A DNA stretch of 64,000 nt from Yuukianura sp. NJ FZ-2021 (Eukaryota): contig CM102290.1 of assembly GCA_046563655.1 (NCBI GenBank), forward strand, positions 7,998,001 through 8,062,000, in the 5' to 3' direction. Below are positions 18,301 through 30,760 of the stretch, one piece after another. Position 1 is the stretch's first letter; each line of letters begins with the position of its first letter. Below the pieces are notes generated by a model, which made no database searches, had not been told where the DNA came from, and was given only the letters and a program-made list of their open reading frames with translations. The position numbers and the translations under genes were made by a program.

Positions 18301-18974
18301 TCACTTGACTGCTGCTACTAGAGAAGGATTTTTAACCCCCATTATATTTAAAGTTGTCTCTGCTACTGCTGCATTAGTTGTCATCTCGGTCGGTAACCTT
18401 TGATCTGTCTAAAAATGACATAAAAATTGTGTCTAAGAGAGAATGTATGGTTTGCGACTTTGGTTTAGCCAATGGAAAAATGATGAGAAGGCCATACAGA
18501 TTCTGCATGATCCATAATTATATTCCACTTGGGTGAATTCCGTTACCAATTGTCAAAATTTCATACTTTTTTTAGTGTTGCTCAGTTGCATGCATACTTA
18601 GAAACGGAAGAGGACAATGAGTTTCCTATTGTTGGGCTTATGAATGTTTAACTTCATGGTATATTGCTCTCAATACGCCGTTGTTCTCCAACGGTTTTAT
18701 ACTCTTGTACACTGTGATTCAACAATAATTTGCCAAGAAATCGGACAAATTGCAAAATCGTGTTAAATGGAAGGAGTAGTAATAGGGCATTGTTTCGTGT
18801 CATCAACTCTGTCTCTACGAAAAGTTGTTTACATAAGAGTCGGGTGCCAGGATGTAAAGTGACATTGCCGTTTTAAACATTTCAAGAAAAAAAAATTTTT
18901 AGTGAACAAATATTTGACAAGAAGGGCGTTTTGTTTGAAAGTATTTTGTATTTTAGAGAGATTTATGAAGCTAA

Positions 18975-19863
18975 AGGTTACCGCACACCGGACGGCGCCG
19001 ACTGTCGGCGGCTGTCTGCTCTACTTTTTCTGTTCACTTTACTATGGCACACCAGAAAAAGTAGCCGCCGAACTTTTTCTTCCCGTCGAAGAGGAAAGAA
19101 AAAGTTCGTCTCACTTTCATCTTTCCACCCGGCACACCGGAGAAACTTGTCGGCTCCACTTTTTCTGCAGACAAAAGTGAAACGACAGATTGTCGGTTCA
19201 CTTTTGGCGCAGACTATGGCACACCGAAGAAGAAAACTTTCTGCTGCCAAATTTTTGTCGTTCCGGAAAGTTCAAAAAGTTGAACTTTCCGAGACGAAAA
19301 CTTTCGGCGCCAGTTTTTTGCCTATGGCACACTGCACTTTCTGCTCAGAAAGTGCATCTTGTAAACAACATCAGCTGTTCAGTTTAAATTAATTTGTTTA
19401 GTATCATTCAAAGTGAATGATACGCTCTGTTGTTAAAAAAAACGTTCCTATGCTACATAATAGGGTATATAGTACCCTGTGTGTCACAGTTCCGACAACA
19501 AAATTTGCAACTAATCATTAGTTTCATACTGGGGAATACTATTGACTTAAGATTATGAACTGATTCTCAAGTTCATATTTGAAAAAAAGAGAATGGCGCC
19601 ATTCTGTGTTGACATATTCTGATGACTCCGAATTCCTATGGCAGACCAGCTGAAACGACAAAGTGGAGCAGAAAGTTGTCGTGCCATTGAGTCCAGTGTG
19701 CTGGGTTAACAGAAAAAGTGGAGCAGAAAAAATGGAACCCCTGCGCCGTCGGCTCCATTTCTTCTTCCGACACTTTTTTGGTGTGCCGGGTAGAAAGAAC
19801 AAGTGGAGCAGAAGCCGCTGGGATTCCAATTGTTCGTTTCACTTTTTTGGTGGGCGGTAAGCT
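18975..19863. mobile_element. Non-autonomous PIF/Harbinger-like DNA transposon (MITE), ~890 bp
   Basis: Ends AGGTTACCGCACACC and GGTGGGCGGTAAGCT match 13/15 as inverted repeats; TAA flanks both sides (18972-74, 19864-66). Internal repeated (ctat)ggcacacc motif in both orientations; higher GC than flanks. Confidence 0.7.
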
Positions 19864-21359
19864 TAAGAATGACAGATTTCTTTAATGTTTTTTTTTCCAA
19901 TACTAAAAGGTATGAAATACGACACGAGTTGTTTTTTTTTGCATGCTGTCAAATAGAGTCTATCATCGATGTAATTTAATGATGGTGTTTGGGTTGGTGC
20001 GTTTGATCTAAGTGCGTATGACTTGTGACATAATGAATTATGACATTGTAACATTAAATACTAAATAGTTATAGTACAACACATTCCATGGTGTTACTGA
20101 CGCTGTTTCATGCGTATAACATGAATTTAGTAAGCCAGTAACGTCAAAGGAAAATGAAAGACGACGGTAAACTTCGTGCAAATCTTTAATTTTTTTTTTT
20201 GCTGTCGAGGCTACTTTCACATTGCAACAAGATTATATGTCGGATAAGGTTAAGGAGCGTTCTTATGGTAGAGATGAAGATTTTGGTATCGTTTCAGCCT
20301 TCACTGTTTGATTTTACTTTTTAGCTTTGGACTTTCGAAGGACGACGACGAAGAGCATCTTTTGTGCCGAATTTTTTCAGTTAGAACTTGGGACTCGGAG
20401 ATGGAAATTTAAATTTAAAGATTGACATTATAAAAATTGCTTTTAGTACGTTTTGGTAGCAGAGGTACTTAATTTTAGGTGTTGAAGGGGGAGAAAGGAG
20501 CTGAATTAATTCAAGTTTCTCTAAATTAATATTATTAGTATTAAGTATTGGTCTGTGTGTTGTCTCTTTTAAAAAAAAAATTTACATCTTCTTTCTTGAG
20601 TTTCTTTTTCAAATTTCTTTTGTTGTTGAAAGTGTTTCCAATTTTGTGGTTGATGGTGGTGAGGTGATGACGTGTGCAGTATTTTTTTATTTTTAGTAAA
20701 GAAGTTTTCATTAAGTTTGGAGAGCTAAAATCACCTGAGAGTTATTTGCTTTTGAGTAAAGGCTAAGGTGAACTTGTTTGTTGTGGTGCTTTAAAAGACT
20801 TTTAAAGGTAGTAGCATTTAATTCTCATTTTCCATTCTGTTTATTCTTGGGCTAACTGAAGAGTATAATATCATCTTTGCCGATGGATGTCATGTTACAT
20901 GTAACAACGGGCTTAAGAGGACCTTTGAATTGTAGTTTGCACGAAGCTTAACAGCTTTCGTGATCCACTGTATACAAATAGTTTTAGCACAATTTTGGTT
21001 CGGTGTTCGGTTGAATTATGTTTATGAACTGGTGCGGTGGGACGGAGGATGCTTTGATGTGTACTTGTAGTAGTAACAGTGCTTGTGTTTTGGTCTAAGG
21101 TCATTCACAGGAAGATTACACGGCGGAGAGAGTTAGTTGAAGTTGAAAGGAAGCATATTTTGGCTGTGGGTGGAGTGGATGGAAGAGCTAGTTGGAGAGC
21201 CTTTCTTTTTTTAGCTTTAAAGGTGCTGTACACTTATAGAAAATTAAAGATGTAATTATATATGTTCCACGACCCTCTTGTGAGTGGCACTATAATCACA
21301 ATACAATAAACTTCTTAGAAAGTCGTATATACAATAAGTATCGTTATCGTCCACCGAAA

Positions 21360-21442
21360 ATATAGCGATTTTCGAGTTGTAACGAGCATTACAATTTACA
21401 AACGGACAGACAGACAGAGAAGACGATCTTATAAGTAGTATA
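21360..21442. mobile_element. Helitron/DINE-1-like terminal remnant (GACA microsatellite plus AT-rich end)
   Basis: acaaacggacagacagacagagaagacgatcttataagtagtat resembles the GACA-repeat terminal block of arthropod non-autonomous rolling-circle elements. Confidence 0.4.
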
Positions 21443-22867
21443 TGGCCATGTTTAGTAGTGTGGACAGATCACAACAAAACACTGGCGGACACGTTCGTAT
21501 GTTTTGCCAATGTAAAATGGGGCTAGCGGATTAACTCAAGGCTGGAAGAGTAAATGTCATTCCAATAAAGCTGAAGTTGCATTTTTTGGGAAAGTATACT
21601 GTAAAGTTAGACATGATGCAACGACATGGGAAGAAATGATGTGCTGCTGAACATGAGAGTTTCAGTTAAAGTTGAAGACAAGGTTAGGCTAGTTAGCACA
21701 GGCTACAAATTTAGCCCAAGTCAAACAAAGGGAGAAAATGTATTTAAATTGAGGACATGTGAAATATTACGCCGGTCCAAACTGAGCTGCTTATTATTCA
21801 ATGGATATTTTTGTTATTGCAAAAGCTGATTGGTTAAGTGGTTCCTATCACATCATGTGGTTCAGCAAAGTCTTTGTTAGGATTGTTTCTTTGTTGTTGT
21901 TGTTGTCGTACTGGTTTTGACTTCTCTGAATCCGCAATGGAAGAATCTCTTTGTTTTGGTTCGTATTTTGCCAGCGGCTGTTTCATGAATCTGGTGGTGC
22001 TGCTAACAGCTACTTCTAACGTGGTGAGTTTAGTTTGGAGTTAATAGAGTAGGACGACGACGCTAAAAAGCTGCTTGAGAGCAGAAATGTTATTATTATT
22101 CTTCTTTTAAATCTCTCACACTCTCTGGCTTGTTTTTTTTGTTCTGAGAGTTTGTTTTGGGTTGATGAACTCTGGGAGCCCACAGATGAGAATGATGATC
22201 TTCAAAGACGCAGTTTGTTCCAATGACCTTGTAGCCTTCGGTGGATTTCCCTGGAACAGTTCCAAAAGATGTTTCTGGGAATGAGTGCAGAGGCGGGTAT
22301 TTTGGGAATTCACTGGACAGTATCTGTCGTCATTGACTCACTCAGAAGATGATTCAGAATAGTTGTGAATATTGTGCAGGGGCTGTGACTGAAGTATTTA
22401 CGAGGATATTGGACTTCCTTTGTCTTCTGAGTGGATGGGCCTTAATGAAATTCCGTAGTTAGTTTAAGAAAAGGTGTGAAGAGTGGGAAGTTGGTGTAAT
22501 GAGTGATGCTTAACCCGAGGTCTTTGATGAGGATGATGATGTGAAGGAGATGAGTAGTGATTTGATGACTATTACTGCGGTGGAAGATGTTCAACTTTGA
22601 ATTCGGAAGTGTTGGGGTTAGTGTTATTAGGGTGGGTAGAGAAGAATATGGATAGCAAGAGGCGATAAATGTCCTTAATTTGGTCTTAATTGAGATTGAA
22701 GTCCAAGGTGGCGATCAGCACTTTATTGAAGTAGATGTTAAGAGATGTATGAGTATACAAGCAAAGATGCTGGTAAGTACAACGTGTGTTACTGACGCTT
22801 GTTTTTAGTTGATTTTCCAATTTGAAATATGATACGTCTTGGGTTTGGATTAAGATTATGTGAGTAC

Positions 22868-23028
22868 TTGGTTGGGGTAAGGTATAGCGACCGTCTGTGT
22901 AGCCACTCCGGCCATCTCTGGTGGCTACACTGTGCGGCACTTACGCTGCCACTCAGATGTAGCCACTAAAAATGGAGTGGCTACACTGTGCGGCTACGTT
23001 GACGGTCGCTAATCTTTATCTCAACCGA
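22868..23028. mobile_element. Small foldback MITE (~160 bp), family shared with 28145-28402
   Basis: ~28-bp imperfect TIRs (ttggttggggtaaggtatagcgaccgtc / gacggtcgctaatctttatctcaaccga) with internal gtagccac/gtggctac subrepeats. No clear TSD. Confidence 0.7.
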
Positions 23029-25908
23029 TTGCTTTGCTGGGGTCGATTGATTCATCATCTTCAACAGTAAATGTCAATTCTGCAACGTGGAGTGGGAAAG
23101 TGCGTCCGATGTCCTGAAACAACTTAAAGCATGGGAAACACATTGGGAAGAAGACATGTTGATGTTAATGTAAAATTTTAGAGCTAACGGGAATTTCAGT
23201 AACTTATTTATCACATATGCTGTTATGATTTTTGTTTCTGGTTTTCTTGGTTCAGGAACTTTAGGATTTTTGGTTTTTCTTGCATGGTGGGTTTAGAGTA
23301 AAAGTCGTTGAAAATTCCTTAAAAGCGGAACCTATTTTAGGCAAGGCTTAAAAAAATGTGCAAAGAGGCCCATGAATTGAATGTGAAGAGGCGAGGGAGG
23401 ATTTAAGGCGGGGTTGTTGAACTACATGACCCAAAGTCAACAATAATCATTGTCGTTCTTAAATGTACCTTTTCTGAAAATAACAAGTTTGGATCGAAAG
23501 TAGTCCTTTGAGTTTTTTTTTTAAATTTCCAAAGTTTCAACGTTAGTTTTGAAAAAGTTTCTAAAAGGGAGCCAAATATTTCGTCTTGGTGTGGATTTCT
23601 AAGATAATTGTTTTTTATTTTTCTAAGACGCTTCTAAAGCCATTAGCTAACAAAATTTAGAAAAACGAAACTTTAAAACAAAGTTAAACGACAATTTTGT
23701 GGGTATTTGAAGCAGGAGGGTCATTAGGAAGATGCCGTTGTTTCTTCATGGTTCTTTTGGCGTGGTCGTAATGACAGGGTCCATATTTGGAACCGCATGG
23801 TAAACTTTAAGTTTACAAGGACCTTCGCAGGGGTCAACGATTCCTTCTTTTGTACTATTTGGACTGTGAACTACTCCAAGGCTACTTTTAGAACAGTACA
23901 CGTTGTACTTTTATAATAATAGTTTTAGTACACGTCCTCACTTGAGGGCATTTTTCATTTTTTTGTCACCATGTTGCACTTGGTAGTGGACTTGAATAGT
24001 TTTAGTTTGTGACGGGTCCAATAGTTTCATATTTTTATCTATTGAAAACTTATCCATGTTTATTTAGTGTCAATAACTGATTGGATTCCACTTCCACGTA
24101 CTTGTACAATCGCTATTACCAGGACCATGTTTTTCACTAAATTTTCCAGCGTAGTAAACTAATAACAAGAAAAAAAAGCGTGAGGGACAGTGTGGGAAAT
24201 ATTTCGCTGGAAAACCATGGATGGCGTCATCCGCTTCTAAACTGGTCAACAGTTGTATTCTCCTCGTAAATATCTTTATGCGTATTTCCTAAAGTTCTAC
24301 GTATATAGTGTGAATGGTGACATCAAAAAACCACATCGTCACTTCATGCCTACGTAAGTGGAAGGTCAGATTACATTATGTTTATGTACTAGAAGTTGAG
24401 CGCCACATCATAGGGAATGAGTCACACCACGCTCCCCGCACGGTGCCTCATCTGCCATAGCCTCTCAGAAATACCGTGACTCTGACTCGTCTTCCTTTTG
24501 TTTTCCACTTATAATCATAACGTTTGTGTGTGTTATGGGGGGTTTTGGCAACTCTATTCATTTCCAAACGCCGTATTTCATGGGAAAATAGTGAGACTGA
24601 GACTAAGTGTCCGTACGGTGAAGATTTTGGTGCCGTTTAGGAACTTACGTTCTGCTGAAGTTTGGTTTGGTGGGAGATTTCGCCCATGGGAAACACGACC
24701 AGTCCCCACTTTAGTGTATCTCCATCCAAAAGATTGAGGAAAGTTAATTAAGAGGGCTTTAAATTAACGCATACTATAGTACTGTTGTTGTGCTGGGAAA
24801 TACAAACTACTCCGTAGTGGAGGTGGACTATAATATTTGTAGGGTTAGCTACACGCTAACTTTTGCTAGGGTATTCCCACTTTAATGTGGATTCTTTGTT
24901 CAGTTTGCTTGACTATTTAGTTGGTCGTACCATTTCAAAGTGATTGGTTGGAAAGTTTTTGTTGGCACGCTACCGTGTTCAGATCTACGAATTAAAAGGA
25001 GGTAGGGGAAATCTTTGTTCCCTCAAAAAAATTTTTTACCTGTGCTATTCCATGTGCTGCGAAGTTTTTTATACTCTGGCAAACCACGTGGAGAAATTGC
25101 GATCTGTAAAATATTCGGGACTAGAGATCTTACCTGTGAGAGTCACGCCGCCGCCGCCCGCCCAACCTCAGTTAGTATTTTCATACCACTGTGCTTTTTT
25201 CCAGGAACTCTCAGTTCTCTCCCCACTTTGTTCACTTACGCACGGATTTCAGTGGTTCTCCAGTTCGCTACTCTGTAAATTGAGTAGCTCCTCTAAACCT
25301 ATTTATTAGTGTTGCAAAAACCTCGGCTGAGTCATGTCTCCAGACTTGAAGCTCTTCTTCAGTAAAGCTACAGCTTCATACGTTCTTCTATTTTGTCTCT
25401 ACAGTAGTGTCTCTGTTATTGATCAAAAACTTTTAGAAGTCTAGAACTCGTGTGCTAAATTTCTATGGAAATTGGCTTGTACTCATTGTTATTACACGGA
25501 AATAATAAGTGATAAGTGATCTTGAAAAAAGGAGTTGAAATTATCAAATTTTGAGATTTGAAAACTACATCATAATTTTTAAAGTGTCAACACAACGGGG
25601 GGAATTAATAATTGTAAGTTTTTGTTGTTGTTGTTAACACATCGCTATTTCCTCAGGCTTTCGTGTCGTTGTGACTCCCAATTACTATGGGAAGATGTTT
25701 TGTTTTGTTATGAGAAGCTTGGCTCAAGAGGATGAAATTGTAGAGCCAACATTTTCAGTTAATTAGACAATGGAAGAAAACTGTATTTCCTAACTGCATT
25801 AAGTCTTGTAACTTTGGCTCAAGAATGGAATGGCATGATACGAATAGCTAGTGGAAGTTTATATTTTTTCACATTGCACATTTCATAATTTTGTTATTTT
25901 GATTGCAG

Positions 25909-27449
25909 GTATCACAACAAGTGAAAAAGGACAAGAACACCTCCGGTCGAGGTGGTGGAAAACTTGCTAGTGCACTCAAAACTCATATCGAATTTACAAA
26001 GTATTGGACAAATATCGCAAAGGAACTGGAAAGTCTTCAACCCGAGGCAATTGCCGAACGAATCGGTTGGCTTCATCTTGACAAGCTTAATATTTCTCTA
26101 CAAGGCAAGAAACGCTTCCTTCAAAACTACTACAAACAGTCAGTGAAAAAACTTCTTCAGCACGAAAAGACGAAAATGAATCGACCGTTCAAAAATAACA
26201 CGGGCAAAGGGCAACGTAACAAGTACCATTTTGATTACTTTGTTGTCATCGATTTTGAAGCGACATGTGAGCAACACACTCCACCGGATTATAAACATGA
26301 AATTATCCAATTCCCCGCCGTGTTGATTGATCCCCACCGACAGGAAATTGTGGCAGAATTCAACAATTACTGCAAACCCAGAGTTAATTCCACTCTCACG
26401 GGGTTTTGCAAAGGACTCACCGGTATTTCCCAGGTAAGTGTGCTTTGTAGTTTTAATTTAAATTTGTATTTAAGAAAAGATTTCTTTCATTTTAGGAAAC
26501 GGTTGATTCTGCACCGGACTTTGTGGACGTTTTCGATGATTTTAATAAGTGGCTAGAATCACATGAGCTTGGAACGCGGTACACCTTCGTCATAGTTGCG
26601 GATGGATTCTGTGATATGGGAAAGTTCCTTTACACGCAGTGCATGGTTAGTTTCAAAAATACTTTACATGCATGAACAATACGAATATCGAAACGATGAC
26701 TAACTTATATTTGGCATTGTTTAGATGTCCGGAGTCAATTACCCGGCGTACGCCCATCAATGGATCGATATTCGTCTGCTTTTCTTCCATTTTTATGGAG
26801 TCAAATGGGTGAGTCAGCCGAACTACTAAACTCGTTAATGTATAAAAATGATTCATCAATGTAATCTTTGGCCTTTTCTTTTTTTGTACAGTATAAACTG
26901 CCGATCAGTTTGGAACTGTTGGGTGAACGGTTCTGTGGAACACTACATAATGGCCTTGACGATTCCAGAAACATAGGTCGAGTTCTGTTGAAGATACTCA
27001 AGGGTGGTGCCAGTCCGATTCCGAACGAGCGGATCATTTTGGATCGTGCAGAACAAGAGAAGAATCCTCCCACTCACAAGTATGAACTTCGGACTGTCAA
27101 GTACATGTATCCCCGCGAATTCTTTGCTATGCAGGCGGCAAAAGGATATTGTGGCAATAAAATCCGAAATTGGCACTCTCAGCAAGCAAGGGAATCCGTT
27201 TATAACAAAGAGAACTGGTTCCAAGCGACGAATGGCCTCCATCAAGTACCTGCAAATGTGAGTGGCAGTCCTCCATCCTACCCAGCCATGTACCCGTCTC
27301 CTCCACCGGTTCCACGGGTAAACAAACTCAACCAGGCTCTACGAAATCTGTACAGTCAAGAAAACAGTGATGAGGATTCCTCAGAGGTCAAGAAGATGGA
27401 GCGAATCGAACTTGTACGCAAGAAGAGCAAATCGGAGTCTTCTGTGTGA
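25909..27449 (+). CDS. ERI1: 3'-5' exoribonuclease ERI1 (SAP-like domain plus DEDDh nuclease); start codon not resolved
   Basis: Exons 25909-26433, 26496-26645, 26725-26808, 26892-27449. KKRFLQNYYK (SAP end); YFVVIDFEATC; HEIIQFPAVL; LTGFCKGLTGISQ; DGFCDMGKFL; HNGLDDSRNIGR. All DEDDh catalytic residues present. Confidence 0.88.
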
Positions 27450-28144
27450 GGTGGGTTGCAGAATTGAAAAGACCGAAACCCTGAGGCTGCTGCGCATGGG
27501 AAGTTTGATCCAGTTTAAAAGACTTCTAGATGTATTTTTCTACATCAATATTTTATAACAATCAATTTATGAATAACATATCTACTACAAAATGTATGTC
27601 GTCCAGCGACCAGCAGACACAGACTTCTGTTCACGGTCAACCTTTGTCTTCTAGCTCTTTGTCTACAATCAAATTTGTTCAAAAACTTCTTACTTCTAAT
27701 GGACTGTGAGGGTACTATTTGATTATGGGTTTATGAAACCTCGCAGAGTTTTAGCTAAATAAGCTACAAGTTAAGTTTTCTAAGTCGAAGCAAGCATATT
27801 TTATCAAAGAGGGAGAAAGTATACGAAAAGACATTTCGCGGTTCGAGCGAAATTAATAAACGGATTTCAGATATTTTAATTTCCTATTTGCAAATTAGGA
27901 TTTTTATTTTTGTTGTTTCAAAAAATTCTCGTTTCGTTACTGATTGTGTTCAGAAGATGTCAACTCATAAATACCGGAAAACTGTAGTTGAACTGAAGTG
28001 AGATAGGAAAGCGACAATTAAAAACAGTTACGTAATATCTAAGGTAATCGTCAATTTTAAAGGGAAGTGGGAAATACCGACAACACATAAAGTTTACGTG
28101 TTTTTGATGCCCAACTATACTTACATAGGTAGTAAGCACATGTT

Positions 28145-28402
28145 GACAAAATATTTGGGTTGAAGTAAGCTTTAACGGGCGTCATTGTAGCTGCGCGCTC
28201 CGCCAGTTGTAGCAGCTACAATTAGTGGCTACACTGTGCATAAAAGGTAAGGCTACATACTGTTATGTTAGGATAGGTTAAAGTGGCTACTTAAGATATG
28301 GCTCAGGCGTAGCCACCCATTGTAGCCACCAACATGGGCGGAATTAGTACAATGTGCGGCTACGATGAAGGCCGTTAAAGTTTACCTCACCCAATATTTG
28401 TC
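28145..28402. mobile_element. Foldback MITE (~260 bp) upstream of LSM1
   Basis: ~47-bp imperfect TIRs (gacaaaatatttgggttgaagtaagctttaacgggcgtcattgtagctgc / gcggctacgatgaaggccgttaaagtttacctcacccaatatttgtc). Shares gtggctacactgtgc with 22868-23028; internal ttaggataggtta. Confidence 0.75.
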
Positions 28403-28557
28403 TCGGATGTTTGTATGTGTTGGTTTTTGTGTTCTTTCAACTTTCGAGTAGTGCCTCATCGACATCGTTTTTATAATTTCCAACATTGGTAACATCGAAA
28501 ATTACTTACTAAAGTTATCCTTTATCCATCCTGAATGTTTTTTTTTGCCAAATAGAA

Positions 28558-29128
28558 ATGTCACAACCAGGGTTTCCACCAAAACAGGACTTGGACCGGA
28601 GTTATCTTGAATGCTGTGCGTCATTGATCGATCAAGTTGATAGTAAGTTGTATCTTTCTTGAAATTATAAGGTGGCTGGATGTTGAAATTGCGTGACTTT
28701 TTCAGAGAAAGTACTGGTGGTGTTGAGGGATAACCGAAGTATCGTTGGTGTGCTACGATCCTGCGACCAGTTCAACAATATGTTGCTCTTTGACACAGCA
28801 GAACACATCCATTTGGATGGAGAATATTGTGAAATTCCATTGGGAGTCTTCGTTGTACGCGGGGACAATGTGCAGCTTGTCGGAACAGTGGTAGGATACT
28901 TTCAAAATTGTTAGCGTAGTTATTGATATACAGTTTGCAGTTCGTCAATGAGTTAAATTTTACTTCTAGGGTGCGGCTCAAGAGGCGAACATGCGAAAAA
29001 ATTACAAGCAGATTCCATCCCATGTTATGCTTGGCAGGAAACGTGACAGGGAAGAGCGAGACAAAATAGTTGAAGCAAAGATGACGGAACTGGCCAAAAA
29101 ACATGGATTCTTTAAACGAGAAGACTGA
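28558..29128 (+). CDS. LSM1: Sm-like protein LSm1
   Basis: Three exons. ASLIDQVDKKVLVVLRDNRSIVGVLRSCDQFNNMLL..EHIH..YCEIPLGVFVVRGDNVQLVG matches LSm1 Sm1/Sm2 motifs; charged C-terminal helix; stop 29126-29128. Confidence 0.88.
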
Positions 29129-29364
29129 ACTTGTTACATTTTGTATAATTCTCTGATTACACTTTTAATTTGGGTGTTTCAATTTTTGACGTGCAATAAT
29201 TAATTCTTAAGTTATTAGTGGAGTTGAGACTAATTAATAATTCACGTTTTTCATTACAAAAAGTGTGTACTGAGTGTTCATTTTTTGATTAATCGCGTTG
29301 CACATAGTATTGAGAATCGGTTTAATTCGAAAACTTAAGACAGGATAACTACCTGCATTTAGCT

Positions 29365-29766
29365 TCAGCTTTCATCATACTTTTTATAATCTTCGGCACA
29401 AAAATATGAAATTTCAGTTTCATCTTGAATTCCTTGGCTTTGGAGTGTTAATCCAGGCTTAAGTATTAGAGAAGGATCTGATGATCTATTGATTAGTGGA
29501 TCATTAGATTTAAACTTATGTGGTTGACACTCTATTTTGAGAGTATCGTAGTGAGTGTAATTTTTGAAGACGTCTCGCAAGCTGGATTTCATTAGTTGTG
29601 TTTTAATTGCAGTTATGAGTTCATCAGTGGTCCATTGTAGTGACACGCCTTTCACAACTAACGGTTTCCAGTTCTTGTACTCGAATGAACGAATCAACCG
29701 TATAGTCAAACATACAGTTTCGTTTTTTGCAACTTCGCCTTCCGTTGTCTTCGTGTCACCGTCCAT
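29365..29766 (-). CDS. C2orf76: UPF0538 family protein (C2orf76 homolog)
   Basis: Single coding exon, 133 aa, with family motifs TIRLIRSFEY, YDTLKI, HKFKSND, DETEISYF..EDY. Confidence 0.88.
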   Translation of the reverse strand: MDGDTKTTEGEVAKNETVCLTIRLIRSFEYKNWKPLVVKGVSLQWTTDELITAIKTQLMKSSLRDVFKNYTHYDTLKIECQPHKFKSNDPLINRSSDPSLILKPGLTLQSQGIQDETEISYFCAEDYKKYDES

Positions 29767-30760
29767 AGTATTCGTTTATGACTAGTAGAAGAGGTTATAA
29801 CACCTCAACCAACCAAGAGAACGAGTTTCTCCGTTTGTAATTGAATAGTACCTGTAAATTAAAGAAACATTGTTTCATGTAGTAACATTCAAAACAATCG
29901 TAAAACTTGTCAAGAAGATGTTTTTAATTTGATTTGACTTACGTCTTCTAATAGAAAGTAAGTTAGGGAAAGTAAGTAAGTTTTAAGTTAGGAAACGACT
30001 TCTCAACTAACCTTAACGTCAACTCGTGTTTTTATAGCACCACCAAATTAAACAAAAACACTGTTTACACAACTTTTATGATGTTGCGGATTTATTAGTG
30101 TTTTAGACTCACTGTCTGCAATGATTTGGTTTTCCTGTTTTAATTTTCGTGCAACTATTTCGAAACTGTTTTTTTTTACAAATCAAAATTAGCAGCCGTT
30201 ACAGAAATCATGCGAAAAATGACGACAAAAATTACAACTTTTCATTATTACTTTGATGAATAAGTCAAAATTGCAGTAAGCATTTTGAAAAATCGTTTTG
30301 TCAAAAAAATGGAAACTATGTGCTAACTTTTCACTGGCGCGCGAACATACTAGTTTTTGAATAAGGAAAGAAAATGCAATTTTCTGAACATAAAAATCCG
30401 GGAACAAGCGGGCATCGGCACTTTTCATTAAACTTTCTTTCGGGTAAGATTCACGAATGCTACTTTTACAGGTTGACTTACCTAAAATTATTTTCACGAA
30501 ACCTTTTTATGAATTATGAAAATAAAAAGTCGAGTTAAGAAATTTAAATAAGAGTGGCTGGTTATCAATTTCTTCGGTTCCATGTTTTGTATTAGGACAT
30601 ACGACGTTTACTTGATTGTGTGATTCGATGCCGAACTATGATAGCACTTGTGTAATGTGCCGTTGTATGCTTTTAATCATCATCATAATTTGTTTTGTTG
30701 TTATTACTTTTTTCTTATCCATTGTTTTTTTAATTTACTATTGGATTTAGGTAAGAGGAG

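Noticed and set aside
18902..19900. Cluster of overlapping 60-150 aa ORFs on both strands
   Set aside because: All fall in the GC-richer MITE; no transposase or other protein motif.
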